IMG/VR virus record: IMGVR_UViG_3300037067_005176 | Location: 1-61,080 of that record | Source: a virus | Taxonomy: Duplodnaviria; Heunggongvirae; Uroviricota; Caudoviricetes | Strand: one strand, 5' to 3' | DNA: 61,080 bases | Shown: positions 56,381 through 61,080 of the stretch, in pieces | How the letters are laid out: each line of letters starts with the position of its first letter | Position numbering within the stretch: position 1 is the first letter of the stretch | The notes under the pieces: model-generated | The model's input: the letters and a program-made list of their open reading frames with translations, nothing else | What the model was told of the DNA's origin: nothing | The model's database searches: none | Translations under genes and position numbers: made by a program

Positions 56381-56656
56381 TTAAACGTTTTTCAAAAATA
56401 AATTTATGTTTTTTTCATCTTCTTTGTTCACATAAATTTTTATCTTCTCATCTCTAAAAAAACATTTTCCCAAGGCACTGTCTGCGGAGATCTGACTAAT
56501 CATTCCTTTTGCAATTCCGCCGCGTACACGTCCATTAAAAAGTAAATTTAAAACTATCACATTGGTTGAAATAAATTCACGAATCTTTGTTCGTTCAACC
56601 ATTTTATCACTTAAAGTCTTGCTCTTCATTAAAGTATTATATATTGATTCTGCCAT
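56381..56656 (-). CDS. uvsX: UvsX/RecA recombinase, N-terminal part, ending in 27-aa split intein N fragment (56384-56464)
   Basis: ISTN..LNLLFNG..GGI..G...SADSALGK|CFFRDEKIKIY...; late promoter 56712-56719. Confidence 0.9.
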   Translation of the reverse strand: MAESIYNTLMKSKTLSDKMVERTKIREFISTNVIVLNLLFNGRVRGGIAKGMISQISADSALGKCFFRDEKIKIYVNKEDEKNINLFLKNV

Positions 56657-56732
56657 CTTAACCTCCAAATTTTCATTCATGGATACGAGACTTCAGCGTC
56701 CGCTCCATTAGTATTTATATGGTTATAAACGA

Positions 56733-56757
56733 CAAAAGGAACCGAAAGGTTCCTTTT
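56733..56757. terminator. Intrinsic terminator
   Basis: AAAAGGAACC-GAAA-GGTTCCTTTT. Confidence 0.7.
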
Positions 56758-56775
56758 TAAAGATTAAGTTTTTGT

Positions 56776-56976
56776 TTAACCAAGTAGTAAGTTTGGAGAA
56801 TCTTCAACATATACCATCGTTGCACCATTTTCAACAACTACCGATTTTATCCGCAATCCCAATGATCTTAATGAAATATTTGCAACTTCAGTGTTTGCGA
56901 TAAAATCTTCAGTTAATATCTTATTTACAATTGATTCATGAGTCTTACTTCCAACTAATACAATTTTCATTTTCAC
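56776..56976 (-). CDS. Hypothetical protein
   Basis: 66 aa ORF overlapping polymerase stop. Confidence 0.5.
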   Translation of the reverse strand: MKMKIVLVGSKTHESIVNKILTEDFIANTEVANISLRSLGLRIKSVVVENGATMVYVEDSPNLLLG

Positions 56977-59369
56977 CTCTTGATAAATTTCGAAAGTTTT
57001 GATTCATTTAAAATTATACCCTTATCAACATCACACCAACCTAAAACAACCCACATTCTTTCAATCACCGATAAAAATGTTTTTCTAAATTGTTCATCAT
57101 AATCAATCTTAAACAAATCATGAAATTCAATGGGATAATTTCCAATCCAAGCAATCGTATCAAATGAAAACTTATTATCTTTATACACCGATAAATATTT
57201 AATCTTTGAACCGTTAGCAATAGGCATCAATGGATACTTAAATTTATTTATAATATAATTATAATTAAGAGAAGCTTTAGCAGTCATCAATGCTCCGGAT
57301 TCGTATTTAACACCATGTTGTAAATAATAACTTATTGGTTTTGTAACAAATTTTGAATATTCCTGAATACTTGATTTTCTTGCAATTAAATCAAAAGACT
57401 GTTTCTTAAATTGTTTTTTAATATCATTCAAAAGAATAATATTAAGCTCTTTATTTGTATTATCCAAAATATCTTTTACAACTAGCATCAATTCTTGCTT
57501 ACAAAATGCTGGAGTATCAGACTTTTTAAGCTCAACTCCGGTAACTTTAATTTTAGGAGGATCATAAACATCATCTTCATTTTTCAAAAGTTCTGTGATA
57601 TATTTCTTCTTAGCTAAAATGAACTGTTTAAGTATATAACCTTCACGTTTGAAAACGATAACTTGTTTCATGTCATTATTGTTTGACTTAATTGTAAGAA
57701 TCTTTGAAAAGAAAGGATCTAAGAAAGCTTCCATCTTTTCAAAGAATTCCATATCATCCATTTTAGGACAATACTTTTGGTAAATTTCATCAAGACAGTA
57801 ATAGTTAGAGTCAGTATCAATTAACACAACGATGTTGTTATTAATCTTCTGAGGTAAACCATCAGGACCTGGGATAAATTGTCCAAGAACCTTTTCACCG
57901 ATCTTGTGGAAATTGTCCTTCACATATGAATTTGCGCAAGCTGCCAAATAACGAACTGTAACACGGCCACCACGAGTAATTGCACGGGCATTATCAACAT
58001 CGTAAAAATGGAAATACTTATTTGCTAAAACACCATACATTGAGTTAATCAAAATTTTACGAATATGTTGTTGTGAATCATAATAAGCAGCAAGAGCTTT
58101 ATCGCCAACAGCATCTGCCTCAGATTTTAATTTCTTGAAATATTTTCTTTCATCAAAAATCTGTTTAACGATTGTTGGTAAAACCGCATTTTCCGTGCGT
58201 TTGTAATAAACTCCATTAACCTCTGAACGAATCAACATACCAGAATCAATAAGTTCCTTAGAAGGCTTTATAACCTTGGTTTCAGGAGAAATATTGTACT
58301 GCATTACTTGGTGTGGATAAGAAGAAAGAATATCATTTGAAATTACTTTTTTCCACAATCCTGGATATGCTTCAACATGTCCGCCTTTAACATAAAAAGG
58401 TTCGAAGTCTTTTTCGTTTTCTTTACAGTTTTGGTAATAAGGCAAACCAAATTTATCTTTTACAATAAAATATCTTTCATCATGCCACCAATCATTTGAT
58501 GTTCTGTTTCTATCGCTCATTACAAGATTTCTCTCATGCATAAAGCGCAAGATGTATCCTTCAATAATAGCAATAGAACTGAACACTCTGTCAAATGGTG
58601 TTAATGAATCGTAACACATAATGATTGTTAGTTCAATGAATTTCTTTTTGAGTTCCATTTCCCAAACAAGAAGAACGTCCTGAATGTTATACTCAACGAA
58701 TGTGTTCCAATCTGTTTTATAAATCTGATTGATCGCTCCATCAAGATCTAACTTTCCTTTTTTTAATTCATGCATAGAAACGAATTGCAATGAATATGAT
58801 TCAAGTGTTGTGAAGGTAAAGTTTTTATACAATCCCATATAATCAAGAATTGTGATTCCTGCTAATTCATAATAATGACCTTCGTGCTTCTTATTTACAG
58901 GATTGATAAGAGGTTTTTGTTTTAATTTCTTTAACGGAGAAAGTAATAACGCAAGTTCTTGCAATTCAATATCACCTTCTACCAAATTATTAATTCTATT
59001 GACAATGTAAGGAATGTCAAAGTTCTGAACATTCCAACCTGTAATAAAATCAAACTTTTGTTTTCTGAACCATCTTACAAAATATTCAAGCATTGCAAGT
59101 TCATTTGAAAAATAGTGATATGATTCAACTAATTTTGATTTACCTGTGTACTGAGTTGTTCCAAATGTTATAACATTTTCGGTTCTTGAATCTTTTACAG
59201 TAATAAGATTAATTGGATATTTCGCTTCAGTTGGTTTAGGGAAGTCGGATGATACATAACAACTGGATGTATAATCAATCCATCGTTTTTCTTCTTCGTC
59301 CCAAACTTCATAATCTCCAGAATTATATGTTTGCTCAAATAGATTCATTTCTATTTCAAATTCTTTCAT
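56973..59369 (-). CDS. Family B DNA polymerase (gp43-like), large C-terminal part
   Basis: FPKP, GWNVQNFD, YNIQDV, DILSSYP, KILINSMYG, DTDS, KKKY. Confidence 0.95.
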   Translation of the reverse strand: MKEFEIEMNLFEQTYNSGDYEVWDEEEKRWIDYTSSCYVSSDFPKPTEAKYPINLITVKDSRTENVITFGTTQYTGKSKLVESYHYFSNELAMLEYFVRWFRKQKFDFITGWNVQNFDIPYIVNRINNLVEGDIELQELALLLSPLKKLKQKPLINPVNKKHEGHYYELAGITILDYMGLYKNFTFTTLESYSLQFVSMHELKKGKLDLDGAINQIYKTDWNTFVEYNIQDVLLVWEMELKKKFIELTIIMCYDSLTPFDRVFSSIAIIEGYILRFMHERNLVMSDRNRTSNDWWHDERYFIVKDKFGLPYYQNCKENEKDFEPFYVKGGHVEAYPGLWKKVISNDILSSYPHQVMQYNISPETKVIKPSKELIDSGMLIRSEVNGVYYKRTENAVLPTIVKQIFDERKYFKKLKSEADAVGDKALAAYYDSQQHIRKILINSMYGVLANKYFHFYDVDNARAITRGGRVTVRYLAACANSYVKDNFHKIGEKVLGQFIPGPDGLPQKINNNIVVLIDTDSNYYCLDEIYQKYCPKMDDMEFFEKMEAFLDPFFSKILTIKSNNNDMKQVIVFKREGYILKQFILAKKKYITELLKNEDDVYDPPKIKVTGVELKKSDTPAFCKQELMLVVKDILDNTNKELNIILLNDIKKQFKKQSFDLIARKSSIQEYSKFVTKPISYYLQHGVKYESGALMTAKASLNYNYIINKFKYPLMPIANGSKIKYLSVYKDNKFSFDTIAWIGNYPIEFHDLFKIDYDEQFRKTFLSVIERMWVVLGWCDVDKGIILNESKLSKFIKR

Positions 59370-59461
59370 AATATCCTTTATATAAATTTCTAAGATTGAT
59401 AATTCTTTTATGAATTCTTTCAGATTTTGTTTTTAAAAAATTGTCAAATGAAATTTCAATA

Positions 59462-59869
59462 TCAATGTTTTTTTCTTACTTTTATTTTATGATTTAAATT
59501 ATATTTTGATGAACCAGCCACCTCAATGTCAATATAGCATGTATTGAAATCGGTTGCTTTAGGTTGCAACTTAACGCCAGAATATTTTGAATGCAAAAAC
59601 TTTACGAGTTCATCCAAATCAGATTCACAAAGCTGTGCTCTTGTTGAAGATAATGATGTAAGATTTTTCTTTGACTCTGCTTTGCATAAAACCATTGAAT
59701 CTCCGTTAATATTTTTCAACGGTGATTGGCCAGTCTTATCTTTCATGTAATATGAATGCTCAAACTCAACTTCTTTAAACTTATCCGAATCAGTCTCTCT
59801 TAAATATATTTTACTAAGCTTTGGATCAAACCAAATGTTTTTAAAACCTACGATTTTTTGTTCACTCAT
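59462..59869 (-). CDS. Family B DNA polymerase, N-terminal part up to ExoI (DIEV)
   Basis: N-terminal domain ending YIDIEVAG followed by a 16-aa basic tail. Confidence 0.85.
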   Translation of the reverse strand: MSEQKIVGFKNIWFDPKLSKIYLRETDSDKFKEVEFEHSYYMKDKTGQSPLKNINGDSMVLCKAESKKNLTSLSSTRAQLCESDLDELVKFLHSKYSGVKLQPKATDFNTCYIDIEVAGSSKYNLNHKIKVRKKH

Positions 59870-59940
59870 TTAACTCCTTTTAATTGAATTATTATGAAGA
59901 GGGTTCTAAGGTTTATGGTAATATTCACATGATGTGAATA

Positions 59941-60879
59941 TTATTTTCTCGAAAATTTAAAAAATCTAAAAGCATATTCCTCAATATTAGTAATATTATA
60001 TTGAAGTTTTGATTGGTTTATGCTTCTAAAACCGCCTGCATGATTATGGCCACCGCCGATTCCCAATGCTTTCAACATTGTTCCACAATGAAAATCCCCA
60101 ACTGATCTTACTGACGCGTGCATATTTGAAGGATTTACAATTACAATAAAATCATAATTATGTTTCTTTAAAACCATTTCAGCAAGATCGTTGATATAAT
60201 CTGATGTAAAGAACATTGCGCCATTTACTTTTTCAAAATCGAATAAATCCAATTTAAAAAATGTATCTCTGATTTTCGTATCAAGATCAACAATAAATTG
60301 TTTTTCTTCATTTAGAAGTTTTATATCTCCTTGCATAAATCTTGACTTAAAAGCATCTGAACCATATCTGTTATACAACCAATTAAAATATCTTGATCTT
60401 GGATCATTATGAATCCATAAATCGTAATCATTGATAATTTCTATAAGTCGTTCAATATCTCGCGTTGAATTGTTTTCACCATAAAGAACTTTTACAAATT
60501 CAAAACAAAGCTTTGAACCGCTTATACCATTGTAAACATATACATTGTTTACTGGGTTATGATATTCTAAAGCTGTATCATGATGATCAAGAACAATAAC
60601 ATTCTTAAATCTTGACAAATATTCCAAACTTGCATTTGGGCATATATCACTAAAGATGACCGCATCATAAGAATTCAAATCGAAATTCTTGATACGATCA
60701 TCAACGTCATGATAATTTACTTCAACCTTTACAACATTATGCAATCTTTTTGAGAGAGCTATGTTTGAACCAATACCGTCCATGTCAACGTGCGTAAAAT
60801 TTAAAATTTTCCCACCCTTTGAAAATAATTCCAAATATTCATGCTTTTTAATTTCAAAATCTTTTTTATACATTATCAA
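59941..60879 (-). CDS. DHH-family phosphoesterase
   Basis: THVDMDG, FSD, LDHH, SVRS, GGGHNHAGG. Confidence 0.9.
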   Translation of the reverse strand: MIMYKKDFEIKKHEYLELFSKGGKILNFTHVDMDGIGSNIALSKRLHNVVKVEVNYHDVDDRIKNFDLNSYDAVIFSDICPNASLEYLSRFKNVIVLDHHDTALEYHNPVNNVYVYNGISGSKLCFEFVKVLYGENNSTRDIERLIEIINDYDLWIHNDPRSRYFNWLYNRYGSDAFKSRFMQGDIKLLNEEKQFIVDLDTKIRDTFFKLDLFDFEKVNGAMFFTSDYINDLAEMVLKKHNYDFIVIVNPSNMHASVRSVGDFHCGTMLKALGIGGGHNHAGGFRSINQSKLQYNITNIEEYAFRFFKFSRK

Positions 60880-61080
60880 TCTCGCAATTTAAAAATTTTC
60901 TACAAAAATCAATATAAAAATTTTTATTTGATTTATAATCCGATTCCCACAAAATAAAAATTTTCCAACCCTTAGATTTGACCTCTTTTATTTTTTCCAA
61001 ATCTTTTGCCCAAACTTTTTTGACGTCTATTCTACACTTATAGTTTTCATCATACTTCTTAGGATTAAAATGCCAAAAGT

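Noticed and set aside
59370-59461. Single ribosomal frameshift joining the two polymerase ORFs at the A7 run
   Set aside because: The frame of the C part has a TAA within the gap, and the C part has its own SD and ATG
2630-59750. Numerous plus-strand ORFs in the track
   Set aside because: Antisense shadows of well-supported minus-strand genes; only tnpB and the 35049 HNH are accepted on plus
1-61080. Genome-wide TAG or TGA recoding suggested by the CUA tRNA
   Set aside because: Core genes are full length in the standard code, and TAG and TGA terminate genes at expected C-termini

Overview
AT-rich segment of a large T4-like (jumbo-type) dsDNA phage genome, coded almost entirely on the minus strand in the standard genetic code. 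Left to right: accessory genes, ATP-dependent DNA ligase, a MoxR/VWA pair, a cluster of about 27 tRNA or tRNA-like genes (including a putative CUA amber suppressor, A34 tRNAs and several unexplained structured RNAs), an IS605-type tnpA/tnpB element, clamp and clamp-loader genes, a probable cytosine hypermodification cluster (dCTPase/dUTPase, dCMP hydroxymethylase-like enzyme, kinase, C5-MTase-like protein, BGT-like glycosyltransferase, cytidylyltransferase, HAD-kinase fusion), class II RNR and the T4-like replication core. The most striking feature is three consecutive fractured replication genes. UvsX and the gp41 helicase carry atypically split inteins. DNA polymerase B is split at a similar point but seems to keep only a non-catalytic intein-like remnant, possibly acting as a protein clasp. 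Homing endonuclease genes at many stages of decay carry late promoters and RBS-sequestering RNA structures. All calls come from reading motifs by eye; no searches or folding programs were run.
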